From: Phoronis australis
Taxonomy: Eukaryota > Animalia > Phoronida
DNA: 64,000 nucleotides
Direction of reading: 5' to 3'
NCBI GenBank assembly: GCA_002633005.1
Contig: NMRA01000026.1
Span: forward strand, 767,073 to 831,072
Shown here: positions 1 through 11,783 of the stretch, piece by piece
Position numbering within the stretch: the stretch's first letter is position 1
Layout: every line of letters starts with the position of its first letter
Translations under genes and position numbers: made by a program
Notes under the pieces: model-generated
The model's input: only the letters and a program-made list of their open reading frames with translations
The model's database searches: none
What the model was told of the DNA's origin: nothing

Positions 1-152
1 GTTGGTTTACTTGGGGTTTACACACGCTGGCGGTTCCGGCGTTTTTGTTTTGCTGGAGACATTTTTGTTTTGTTTTTTGTTTTTTTAATTTTTGGGTCCT
101 GGCCCGAGGGGGGATTTAAACCCCCTGAACCCCCCCTGTAGATCCGCCACTG
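1..152. mobile_element. Right end of a GC-rich MITE (...GATCCGCCACTG)
   Basis: G-run/C-run subterminal hairpin and terminal GATCCGCCACTG. A related element lies at 2817-2978. Confidence 0.55.
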
Positions 153-670
153 ACAGTTGGTGGTATTTTCATACACTAACACTCCAGAAATTTTGAGCGG
201 CGCCGGTGTGCATTGAAAGCTTAAAATGAAACGTCCCGTGGAGTATGTCAGATGCTGTAGTGAAGAGTAAGTCATAGTTTTTAAATTTAGTTTAGTTTTG
301 TGTAGGACGTGTTATTTTTTCTGTAACAAGCGTTTCTCGTTTATGACTTTTATTTGTTTAAAGCCATACATTTATTGCCAATGCATTCTGTGTAATAATA
401 TGCGTTGAAATATAGGTCTCAAAATTTTTTGTCTGGCCAATGGTGGCGTGCAGACCAGACTTTATAGTAAATGTTTGAATTGTAATCTGTGTTATTGTCG
501 TTGTTTTCTCGATGTGTGTCAGTTCAAATTTGGTGTAATTTTGGTAACTCTGGTTAGAGCTGCACCAGTGTCACACTCGGTGTTCAAGTTTCAGTTAATA
601 TCAGCTTTCATGATGTTACAAAAGTCCTGTGACGAAAGGATACAATCGGTGTAACACCATGCTCCGCCTC

Positions 671-2062
671 TAGGCCCGTAGCCAGCATTGCGCGGGGGGT
701 GGTTCGAATTTCTGGTACGGTGGACCTTTGTGATATTTTGCAAACGTTGACACTGTCGATTTTTTTTACCTTGACGCAGCTTAACTATAGGGGACTACCG
801 AACTTATCACAACCGAAGTAGAACAATGACGGACTCGACAGTTCTCACAGTCAGACAATAATGAAAAGAAATTGGCGCGAAACTCTTGCCTCCCAAAACG
901 TCACTTCTGGAGCAGAGGACGAGAAATTAATCAAATTATGAAAAGCTGTAATTGAGTGAAAGATGTGTCTGAGATAATCAACGAACCTTATTTTTGCTAA
1001 AAGTGACATGAAAAAAGGTTGCCTTCGCCTTTAAGTGATACCAGAGACCGTAGAGAGTTAGCGTCTTTGGTGATACCTCGCAGGTTCCCTGCGTGCTTAG
1101 CGCCACCTAGCGGCACGCAGGGAACCAGCGAGGCGAGGCTGTGCGCCATTGGCAGAGATTGACAAAAGAAGACTTTCTTCATTTACCAAAGTTTTTAGTA
1201 GGTCTAGACCTACTTTTCCCTAATAATATGAACATGCTTGTGGGGGTTGTCTTAGTGCAAGAAAATACGGTATTTCGTGGGCGGTGCAGCACTGAAAAAG
1301 TGAGGGGCTTTTGCCCCCCTGTGGTGCACCGCCCATAGACCATGGGCGGCGCAGCACTGAAAAAAGTGGGGACTGCAGCCTCCCAACCCCCTATGGTGCG
1401 CCACCCATGTAGTTAAATGTCTGATTTTTGAGCAACGACGGAGGACTGCTTATAGTGAACTTAATTGTCATCGGTGTGTAGGCCTACTGAATTTAAAAGA
1501 ATGGAAACGCCCATAAGGCACACGTGTACACGCACGCATCATACAGGGTCATCCACCAATCCACAACCAAAGTGGGAATTAGAAAATGCCTGCCGTAATC
1601 TACCACTATCAAAATAGCAGATAAACCTACTTTCTGCTATTTTGTTTCTTGGTCGATTTTAACTGAGACGTTCACACGGCACTGATACTTTTTGGGAACT
1701 CTCTTCTTGCTATATAGACTATCTAGGTTTTGACATTTACTTCTAGACTCCCGTGTTACGCTGTGTTGTAGCCACCACGCACGTTCAATGCCGATGAATA
1801 ACATAAAGCCTCTCGGTCTGCACGATCCTATCATCAAGCACCACTTCGGGCGAAGTTGACCGGGTTCGGCCCAATGATTACGTGAACTAAATTCAATTTT
1901 GAGTCAAAATTATTACTGACTTAGTTATCATTGTAGTTAGTCTGCAACAATTTTGCTGTTGTTGTCCGTCTATATATCCTGTCTTTAACGGATAGGCCGG
2001 GACTGGACCTTTTGCGCGGGGGATTCAATCGAACCCCCCGAAAACCCCTGGCTCCGGGCTTG
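671..2062. mobile_element. ~1.4-kb non-autonomous TIR element with nested mini-MITEs
   Basis: TAGGCCCGTAGCCAG ... CTGGCTCCGGGCTTG inverted termini. Subterminal TTGCGCGGGGGG and TGGACCTTT motifs at both ends. Confidence 0.5.
1276..1409. mobile_element. Two adjacent 60-70-bp mini-MITEs (CATGGGCGGCGCAGCACTGAAAAA family)
   Basis: Copies at 1276-1337 and 1341-1409 with TIR CATGGGCGGYGCA / TGCRCCRCCCAT. Further copies at 34345-34415 (+) and ~63373-63448 (-). Confidence 0.75.
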
Positions 2063-2816
2063 GCATTATCACATTTTGTCGGGTCTGAAAACCAACATAT
2101 TGACCGAGGGAATAAATAATTACATCTTCAAAGTAATTCATGAATGGAGGGTTTCGATCGCATGTCAGTCAGTCAGCTACCAAACCAGTATTCCTCAAAA
2201 CGATATGGAGACTATATTTTGAAAAAAGTCTAGGAGATGCCCCGAATTGAACGAAAGAGCAGTCGATTATAATTTCGAAAACATGTTTTGCAGTCATACA
2301 ACGGTCGTTTTTAATGCAAAACAACAAACCAACATCACTTTGTTACTATCAATAAGTTATCAGACTGCTTGTCAGCGCACTCGTCGTGCTCTTGATGAAT
2401 CTGCGCAAATCAGTGACTTCCATTTGGAAAGTTAGTGAACGTTTTGTGTCATTGGAACACACACTTTTGGTACAGTAGCGTGATGTTTGTTGATTGTTAT
2501 GCTTTGGTTTATGATAATTTGCATTCACCTGCAGCCGGATGCATGAATGAGTCCTAAATAGGGACTCAACTATGTTCCTCAAATTTCTCCACATTTGTGG
2601 ACTTGTGCAAACACTGATAGTTCTTTCCAATGTTATTTTATTCTCATTGCTATGTCAAATTTTGGTTTAATACGCACCGTGAGAGAACTCTGCGTTGAAT
2701 TCTTAATGTTAATCAAACTACACAGGGATCTTTTCATGCAACGCCTCTATTTTAGGACTAAGTTCCTAAAAGTTTATTCGCATTGAATTAAGAAGATACC
2801 AATATTTATTAGAAAG

Positions 2817-2978
2817 CAACAGCGGGTCCAGGATTTTGAGTTAGGGGGGCCAGGGCATATTTCTTGCCAGGATTTTGACCGGCAGACATTCGCAACCCCG
2901 AATTGCCAAATGGAATATGGGAGAATTTTAGGGGGGGGGGGGCATTGCCCGGTTGGCCCCCCTCTAAATCCGCCAGTG
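2817..2978. mobile_element. ~160-bp GC-rich MITE
   Basis: Begins GCGGGTCCAGGATTTT and ends AAATCCGCCAGTG, with poly-G/poly-C subterminal runs. Confidence 0.55.
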
Positions 2979-3138
2979 CCCTATGTGGTTGGTAGGTGCC
3001 GCAGTAGGCAACAATGCTTGCAGGATATTAATGAGATAGAAATATCCGGTATTATTACATCGGTAGTCAATTCATGTTGACGACGGCACAATTGGTTCGT
3101 TGCTGCTGGTGCCCCCTGTAGTAAGTGTATGTACAAAC

Positions 3139-3159
3139 CATAGACATGTGATGTCTATG
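3139..3159. mobile_element. 21-bp micro-TIR element with 8-bp TSD
   Basis: GTACAAAC-[CATAGACAT gtg ATGTCTATG]-GTACAAAC. Confidence 0.6.
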
Positions 3160-4212
3160 GTACAAACTGTCAGTCCGATGCTCGTCATTCTCGTCAACTG
3201 AGGGGCATAGGGCATGGGCTCTGCCTAATTCATCTTTACGTTTTCAAAAAGTTTGCCCACCACAAAATAACGTTTCATTTCTTTTTTACAGCTTTGACAC
3301 GAAAACATTAATGCAACTAACACATTAGCCTGCGCGGCGGCTCTGAGTTTTTTGCAGCAGTGCATAAGTGCCCGACAACAGAGGGCGGGGAGAAAGGCGC
3401 TAAGCAAGTAGGACCGGCCCGGAAGTCGGGATCTCTCTGCATCCGGATTGTGACGTCAGTTCACCACTATTCAATTAGCAATAATTAAGATAACTAATGA
3501 TTTCCGATCTCGTAAAGAACTGACAGCACGCACTTTCAGGACTGAAATCCGTAAGTTGGCCATAGACGTCAGGACATTGAATTAACTGCGCGGAAGGAAC
3601 CGCCACTACTAGGTCCTCGGCCGCCTGGACACTAGGTAGAGACTGATATTGCTGCTGCACCCTGAGTGTCTATTTTTGAATATTTTAATTATAAAAAATA
3701 TAGAAAATTTGACCAGATATCGTGTGAGCGTGAAAATGTTCGTATCGTAGCAGCGGCCGGGATTGAGCCGAGTACATGACTTTCCCACCCCACGTAGCTT
3801 TTGATAACTGAATAATAAGATATCACAAAACATTTACATTTATTTCACGGTGCAAATATTGTCACCCAAAACTGAACTCATTCTCATTTGGCCATCAGAT
3901 GTGCTCTGTTATGCTAAGTCTTACAAGGTCAAATCGTAGAAGAACTGAAATACATCGGATACTCAACTCACGGACGAAGCCGATACTACTACTACTGCCA
4001 CCTACAGGTGGCGTCGCTGACGATGATGGTCTGACCGCGATGAAACCGCTGAGCACTGAGTTGTTTTATTTGAGCTTTCTTTCAAGTCAGTCAATGTTAC
4101 GTACTGTCAGGTGTGCGCGACCTTGCATTATTTACAGACACAGGTCTCAGTGCTTCACTAAGATGGGCCTGCGTTACTCAACACAAACTGCTATTTCAGT
4201 CTAGGCCTAGGT

Positions 4213-4581
4213 TCGAAATCGAACTCGAAAACTTTTAACTTTTTCCGTTCTACTTTATCAAAAATACAATTATTCTGTACTCGAGGATTTTATGGTTCGT
4301 AGATGAGTGTCAAGATCTCGTCCAAGTTTGTACCTGATGACCCCAAGATTCGAGCTACCGTGACAAATTTGAGTAGCAATTCGAGACTTCGAGTGAAAAG
4401 TCGAGATTTCGAGTTCAGATTCGAATTTATAGCATTGAAATGCTGGTGTTATCAAGTGTAAAATGGGAATCACTCGATCAACAACGTAAACCGTAGGGCA
4501 CGAATTCATAGACATTTATTTTGAGTTCGCATCCAGGTCAGGGCGTAATATTCCAAAAAATACATTCGAGTTCGATTTCGA
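4213..4581. mobile_element. Foldback/MITE family with TCGAAATYGAACTCGAA inverted repeats
   Basis: Perfect 17-bp inverted repeat at 4213-4229 / 4565-4581. Related copies at ~24150-24635 (long inverted arms) and ~34130-34330. Confidence 0.65.
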
Positions 4582-6059
4582 CTAAAACGATTAGGTACCG
4601 GACCCTGATCGTTTTTTATAATGAATGCTTGATAATTATTTATCATACATGCATGTAAACTCTAATGGGTTGGTGTAAACCTGAGGAAGCCTCTTTTGTC
4701 CACCAAGCAGCCGCTCCTAGTTCCTGAGACACATGAAAATCACGAACCACAGTTTATCCCACATGATGGGCAGCGTCCGTCGATGAGTATGCCATTTAAA
4801 GTAAGCATAAGATGATGAGATCTACGAATTAAAATAGACGAAGACACACCGTTGGACTTTCTCTACAAATGTGTCCTTCGGACTAACTCTCCGTCATCGT
4901 ACGGATCGATTCTCCAGTTCAGAAAATTGGGCAACCAATCAGAATTGGTTCGCAGCTTAGTATGCCTGAAATATCGAATTGCATAAAATGCCCGGGGGAC
5001 CCTCACAATTAAACTGAAGGGCAGAGGTATCGCCAATTCCGACGGGTGGGTATTTTGTTCCCGCCGGTCATGCCACTCAGTGATCCCAGCCCGACTGTCT
5101 GCCAATATTTTGTTTTTGTTATGACCAGGTTGAATGAAGCCATTGAGACTAAATGCCCTCCCCCCCTCAGTCAGTTCAACTCAACTCGACAAATTTCAAC
5201 AGCTGAGGCCTCAGTGCCCCGAGAATTCACGTTTAATTGAGACTGAATAGAAACTCTAGATTATTTTCAAGGTTGAAAAACGACCCTTGGTATTCATTCG
5301 CGAGGCCAAAATTTAATATTGACACACTAGGTCGGAAACTCGAAGGATCAAACTTCACACTCTTTCAGACCGCGCATCATGAGATGCGCATTGGAGACTT
5401 TTTCAATACACTTTTCCTACGCCAGAAGTGTGTCTTTTCCATCATGAATTACCTGACATTTTCCGATTCAGGGTCCCTGACTTTTAGACTCGTAACTCAT
5501 GACTGAAACTCTAAGTCCCGGATTATGATGACCAGTGAAGACTGGATCCAGTTACGACTTAGTTCACTAAAACGGCCCGTTACCGGCCCTCACAGGCAGC
5601 CAGTACGTGGTTCTCAAATCAGGGACTCGGACCGTTACCGATCCCGCAACCGTTGACTCCGTCAGTGCTACCAAAATTGGTTGCCGACTATTACTAGCTG
5701 GTTGTGGTCATCATACAACAGCTCTTCTTAGTGAGAATGAATACTGGTGTCATGGTAAGGCGGAAGGGCAACTTATTCATGGATCGTCAGTACTGAAATA
5801 GGTCCCTCTTTCGACCGCGAGAGTGCACTGTCTATAATTGCGTGGGTATCCTAATTCAGTGTCCAGCTGCATTGGCATCAGTCACAAATATAAGCCTACC
5901 GCCCCACCCTTTCCCCGTCATCGGCAGAGCTCAAACAAGCCGCACAGGCACCGTCGACGATCAGTGGCTGCTGCGGCGGAGAATGATTGCTTGAACTTAG
6001 TGTAGGGCCTATAACTTGTAGGTGAATTTTTATGCTACAAAAAAATCGCAAATTTGCGC

Positions 6060-6430
6060 AAGATCAGCCGCAGTTCCGTCAACTATGCTGCCGGGGATTC
6101 ATCAGGGGCGGGTACTGTTCTCGAACGCCAAATTAGTAAATCCAGTCCGTCGCCGGGCAAGCCCGACCCGGGGCGGCCCACGGGCCGGCGGCCGTAATAA
6201 ACTGGGCGACTTGGTGACCCGGCACTTACCATGAAAGGCGAACTCATTTTCAGTGCTCCTTGTAGACGAGAAGTTTTTGGCCTTGTGGAGAACTAGCCCG
6301 CTATAGTCAGTGTTTGCCGGGCCGGCGCTGGACGTCGGCTGCGTCCCCGCCCGGCCGGGCGGCCGGGGCTTCTACCAGAGTGAAAGTTAATGTCCCGCGG
6401 CATGGGCCGGCGGCGTCGGCGCCCTGAGCT
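6060..6430. promoter_or_regulatory. CpG/GC-rich segment 0.55-0.9 kb upstream of exon 1a (promoter-proximal or MITE remnant)
   Basis: Dense GCCGGC/CCGG motifs and the palindrome GCCCGGCCGGGC in an AT-rich background. TGAGTCA (~6766) and CGGAAGT (~6785) lie closer to the exon. Confidence 0.3.
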
Positions 6431-6978
6431 GTGGGGTCCGACAAGCTCCGAAAGTTTACGGAACTGAGCTTTGTGTCATGCTGGTAATTGTTCTTTCTTA
6501 GCCCAAACATCATATTTATTTTGACTAATATATAATTTGAGACCAATTTAAAACAACTTAAAAGTGTTGAACACTGAGCCGTGGGCTGCAACTAAAAAGG
6601 CGACACTAACGAGTTTATTTTTTCGATTGCATGGGGACACAATGGCAACGAATTAGAGGAAATAATTCCTGTAAAAAGATTGTTGCAAAATTTCTGGAAT
6701 TTTGAATTTAAAATGCACGACAAAACGCAGTGCGTGGGGTTTTCCAGGAGCACACGCCGCTTGTATGAGTCATTACCCTATCAGCGGAAGTTACCATTTC
6801 ACCCACATAAATTAACTACTGTTCGGGGACACTACTGTTATTGAGAGTTCGATCGTTGACAGTTGAGAGCGATAAGCGTGATGAAGAAACTGGTTTCGAA
6901 GTGAATGTGGAGACAATTTATATTTATTAATATTATGTATATAGTTGTGTTTACGCATTGGGTACCACACTTTCAACG

Positions 6979-7072
6979 ATGATCCTTGATTTGACGAAAG
7001 AAAAGCGCCAATTTCTTGTGAATGTGTTCACATGTTGCGCGCTGTTTCACGTGCTTGGGTTCAACGCCAATG
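6979..7072 (+). CDS. Exon 1a: signal peptide MILDLTKEKRQFLVNVFTCCALFHVLGFNAN
   Basis: ATG at 6979, basic n-region, hydrophobic core, donor G|GTGAGT at 7073. Phase 1 matches exon 2, which supplies the V-H-A cleavage motif. Confidence 0.75.
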
Positions 7073-9474
7073 GTGAGTAGAATTCTCATCACATTCAAGC
7101 AGGTCCGTAAGCGGGGTTACGGCACTGGTCGGATAAAGCAGTTCCTGATTTACAGAATCAGTTCCGACACTAGTTGGATATAATGGACCCCGATTTAGAG
7201 AACCAGTTTCATCCACTAAATAACGGGCCATTATTTAGTGATTGCCTGGTTCTCTTAACAGGGTCCATTACACGTGTACCTAATTATCGGATGGACCCTA
7301 AATATCGAACATTTCACAAAATCTTACTTGAAGCATAATCTGAGAATTAAATGACACCAATTTTTGTTCTGCTATAATGCATTCAATGTCCGACACCGTC
7401 TCGTTTTTTTACAGCGTTGCCTCGTTTTGATTTTACCGAGAGAGGGTGTAATTTAGACCCCCAAGTCGGCCTAAAATGGATGATCGCATATATCGGTTAT
7501 AAAAGTTGAAAAAAAATCTTTTTCCACGATGAAATCATCTCATTGAACTGACAATATGTCACTGTTCCATTTTTTCATTTGATTTTAAACTCAAGTCATA
7601 CCCCGACCACGCACGTGCGACTGTCATATCAAGAAGGCAAAGACATACTAAAAACTGCAGTGAGTTTGCACGTGCTTTAGTCATCTGCACTGATTCATCG
7701 AATCGACTTGGCGCCATCATCAGATTTCATTTTATGGATAATTTTGTTTCGAATGGACCTGTGTTCTAGCAGCATGTATGTCAAAACACTCGAACTAAGA
7801 TTTGGCTACAAGGTGCCCGCGGCCATTACGTGATTAGTCAGTTTTCCGCGGTGTTGCATATGGGAAAACATGGTGTCCGATATTTAGGTTCTCCGAAGGT
7901 TTGCTAGTTGTGTTTTTGAAACCTCAGTCGGAACATAAATGTGGGTTTCGGTGACAAGATATAGTAACAGAACAAAGGCAAACCTTTATTTCAGCAAAGA
8001 ATTTACAACAATCCGTATTATTTTCAATTAAATATAATGCAAAATGTGCCAAAACGTCCAATAATTAGGTCACTTGACTGTATATCCGACTTGCGCCACA
8101 GTTCCATCCACATTCTCTAAATCAGTATCCCGGCTAAGCTGCAATGCTGAGTCTCTGAGACTGAAACGTATTGCGAAGTTATGGCCAGGGAACACCTGTC
8201 CTCTATTTGCATTGTTGGGAGTGAAATCTTGTTGTTGACCTGGTGAGAAGAGGTAAGATTGGTGATGGTTGGGGAGAGCAGCTGCTTGCATAAAATGACT
8301 GGGTGGGAATTTAGCAATAGAGACCGGTAAAGCCAAAGCCCCGGACAGATGCACTCACACACAGTAGAATATGTGTCACAACATTGATTTCTGTCTGCCT
8401 ATTGACTTGCAGGTAATTCTTAGTTCACGACCTTTGTTGACTTTCGATTTATGGTACTAGTATGTAGACCACACTAACGAAAAAACCATTCGTAGACAAT
8501 TTTGATCTAGTCAGGAAGCAAACCCACGAGACTATCAACGAAGGCTGTTAAGTGTAAAATGGAACATTGTTTTCAACAGAACATGTCTTAAAGAAAACAT
8601 TAGTGAACTGGGGTAACTGTTGTTAATCCCTATCCAGTTCTTCACCTATTCAGTACATTAAATGGTAAACAAGGGAAATTCTATTTTGTCATTTCTAAAC
8701 ATGAATAGATGTTAAGAAAATGTTAGTGAGCTGTTAGCTGAGTTTGTAGGGCGCAGATGTCAAAAAAAACAACATTTCGTGAAGGAAGTTTGTAGCAGTA
8801 AGGTAACCGGCCTTTGGAAAATATAAAATGACACTTTTTGGCAATTATTTTTGTGCAAAATACATTAAGAATTACCATAATTACCATACCCTGTGTAAGT
8901 GTATGTCTAGTCCACTAGCTCAGACACCTGCAGTACTGAGACACTTTTCTGGTCATGTCTTCGAACATTGCTCGGATCCCCCTGTGGACTACTAGTTAAC
9001 AATTTCTCAGTTGATTTTGGGGTTTTACCATCTGTAGAAAATCAAGGAGCAGGAGGACTTTTCAAGTTTGATTGGTAATTCAAGTTTTGGAATTTGTAAA
9101 TTAAAACTTGTTGAAAGAATAGGGATATTCCTGGACTGTGTGGACTTCGGAGTATTATATAGATCAGATATGGCTGATTGGATTCATATGAAACTTTTAG
9201 ATAACATACTTCATTATTTTTTAGAAGTTTCACTTTTGCATGGGCGGCTATTGAAAAATGGGACTTGTATAATTTCTATGAAAAAAGAAGTCTAAAATTG
9301 CAGAAAATGAAAACGAATTCATACCGTAAAACTGTTTTTGAGATTTCATCTTGAACATTTATCAAACAAAATTTATTCATGTTGTTGATGCCATTGATGT
9401 GATCACATTACCCAATTATTAGCAGACGTATTTTTGTACTGACTAATGTACCCTTATATAAACACCACTAAAAC

Positions 9475-9514
9475 TGCAGAAAATCTGCAATTTTAAAATT
9501 GCAGATTTTCTGCA
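9475..9514. repeat. Perfect 40-bp spacerless palindrome
   Basis: TGCAGAAAATCTGCAATTTT|AAAATTGCAGATTTTCTGCA. Confidence 0.9.
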
Positions 9515-10247
9515 ATTTTGTAACCGGGTCGTGTGGAATAGGGTCATCCCGGATTACACGGCGATAGAACTCTCCTTTGTCCTGGAGATAATAAAGGGCA
9601 TGACCTAGTTTTGGAAATCAGGCACATTTTCGTGTCTCTCATTGATGTTGGGAAGGCCAAGAATTTCAGATCAGGCATCCAGGGTTATTTGTCCAGTTTA
9701 TCAAACTTTTTCACGTCAGAGTTGCAGCCCACAACACATCAGTAATACTTAATTGGCATTGGAAGCCTGAATAGAGTAATGCAACTGAGAAAAGCTTATA
9801 AAGAATCAGACCACAACAAATAACTTGTGAAACTCCAGTAGCACGAAAACGAGGCAGCAAATGTGCCCGACGGATGTTAACGGCATTGTGGGTAAATCTT
9901 GCAAGATTCAAGTGTGGCTGTGTAACCCTGGACCGCCCTATTGAAAGAACTCTTCAAAGAAGTAATGATGGTATTTTTATGGCTTTATTGAGATCCGAAG
10001 CATGTTTCACCAATTGTTACAGGATCCTTGATTTTGTTTTATTAGGACAATTCCTACGCAACCTCTCAGTACTGCAACACTTGTTTTATTACAGTGCGAT
10101 AACCTCTGCTTTAAGATAGTAGTTGTGAGTGAAATAACATCGCACTTCGATTAGAGCCATTCCAGTACATTGACTGTGGTGTATGGTCTGATCTTACTTT
10201 TTCTGTTTTGCACTTTATTAAGTGGATATTATCTGCAACAAAAGTAA

Positions 10248-10308
10248 GGCAGAATCAAATCTGGGACCTTGCAGCCGCAGTCTAGTGCTCTGCTGGCAGA
10301 GCTTACTC
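10248..10308 (-). mobile_element. Decayed tRNA-derived SINE head
   Basis: Minus strand AGCTCTGCCAGCAGAGCACTAGACTGC..GGTCCCAGATTTGATTC resembles degenerate A and B boxes. Similar remnants at ~33854-33920 (+) and ~62675-62740 (-). Confidence 0.35.
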
Positions 10309-11538
10309 TTGGACAATAGACGCCAGTATAGTTTAAGCATATGTAAGTATGACAGCCATCGGCCTTGATTTCATCGAATTTCTGACAGACAACAACGAGA
10401 ATAGGCGATTTGTAATAAAATCACTAAAACAGATTCTATTGTTTTATAGCTCCGGTCAAAGCTAATAACTTCAAGAAGTCTAGTATTCCATTTCCATCTT
10501 CCAATAATCATATAAATGCATTTTTCAAAGTAATACCAACAATGTCCCTTTAGTGCAATAGCCCGGTAATTTTAAAGTGAATGTTGATCCAAGCTCACAA
10601 ATTGATACAGCCGAGGAATGTCTTAAAAATTTCTGGAATCGTTTAAGCCACAAATAAAATAAAAATCGAATACAGTAATCAAAAAAGTTATGTGGCCAGG
10701 CCTTTAATTGGTCTTCCTGGGTGTGGTAAAGTAAACAATGTTTGACTTAGGACACCATATATTGAAAGTGTACTTTGTCATTTTTGCCAATCAAATTGCA
10801 GTTTTGAGCTTGTGCAGTCATGAAGTAATTCTATAAACTTTTTGGTTTCAACAATGTCAATTTGCATCATTTTTGTCCAAAGTTTAAGAATTTTAAACGT
10901 GCATTTTCAACGAAATTTTTTTCATGTTATGTAAAGTTCTAATCCAGTCTGTTGAAGAATAGAGAGAAAATTTAATGAAAACCATTTCTTTTGTGCAGTT
11001 CAGTGAGGATGTTTGTGGATCTTGCTGTGTGTATACAGAACATGTGTGAGGTGTTACACAAAAGCTGCTTATTTGGTCATCAGTTTTACTTTATGATTTA
11101 CACTAATATTATAAACATGAATTATACATGTACATGCCCAGAAAATATTGAAACCATCTGGGGGTGTTGTGGTTGAGGACATCTGGAGGTTCTGAGGTTG
11201 AGGGATGGCCAAGGATTACAGGTTGCGTAGAGTGTTGGATAATCCACCCTTACTCAATTCAATTGGAAATTGAGTATGGCAAAATGTCACCAATTTTGAA
11301 CAAAATGATTACCAGAATTGTCCTCTTTCATTTTTCAAAGGGTTCTAATACTGCTGTAAATATCCACAAGGTTCAGTTTAATTTTCTGATGGTAGCTTCT
11401 GTACAGAACTTAAAAATGGTGTATGATAAATCTCATCAATGTAGGACACAGTATGTCCGAGAAGTGAAATTTGTTTTTTCATTTTTTCCATGGAAGATAT
11501 GTAATACCAATTAATGGTTTCCACGTTCAAGTTCTGAA

Positions 11539-11783
11539 GCCCGTTCCAAGAAACTGACTTCAGTTCATTTTTTGACTTACCGGTAAGACTAATATTTTTG
11601 ACAACTTCCAAACTTTGAAACTTCCACATCCGGTAAGTTAATCAAAACTTAAGTCAAAAACTCAAATCGGACTTAAAAAATCTCTTTCTTGAAACGGACT
11701 TGGGACAAATATAAGTTGTTACCTTCAAATTGACTGAAATTTAAGATTTGTCTTAGCCAAGTCAGTTTTCTTGGTACGGGACC
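11539..11783. mobile_element. ~245-bp MITE
   Basis: TIR CCCGTTCCAAGAAACTGACTT / AAGTCAGTTTTCTTGGTACGGG. Confidence 0.6.

Noticed and set aside
10248-10308. Possible tRNA gene
   Set aside because: The A and B boxes are degenerate and there is no full cloverleaf. Kept only as a low-confidence SINE remnant.
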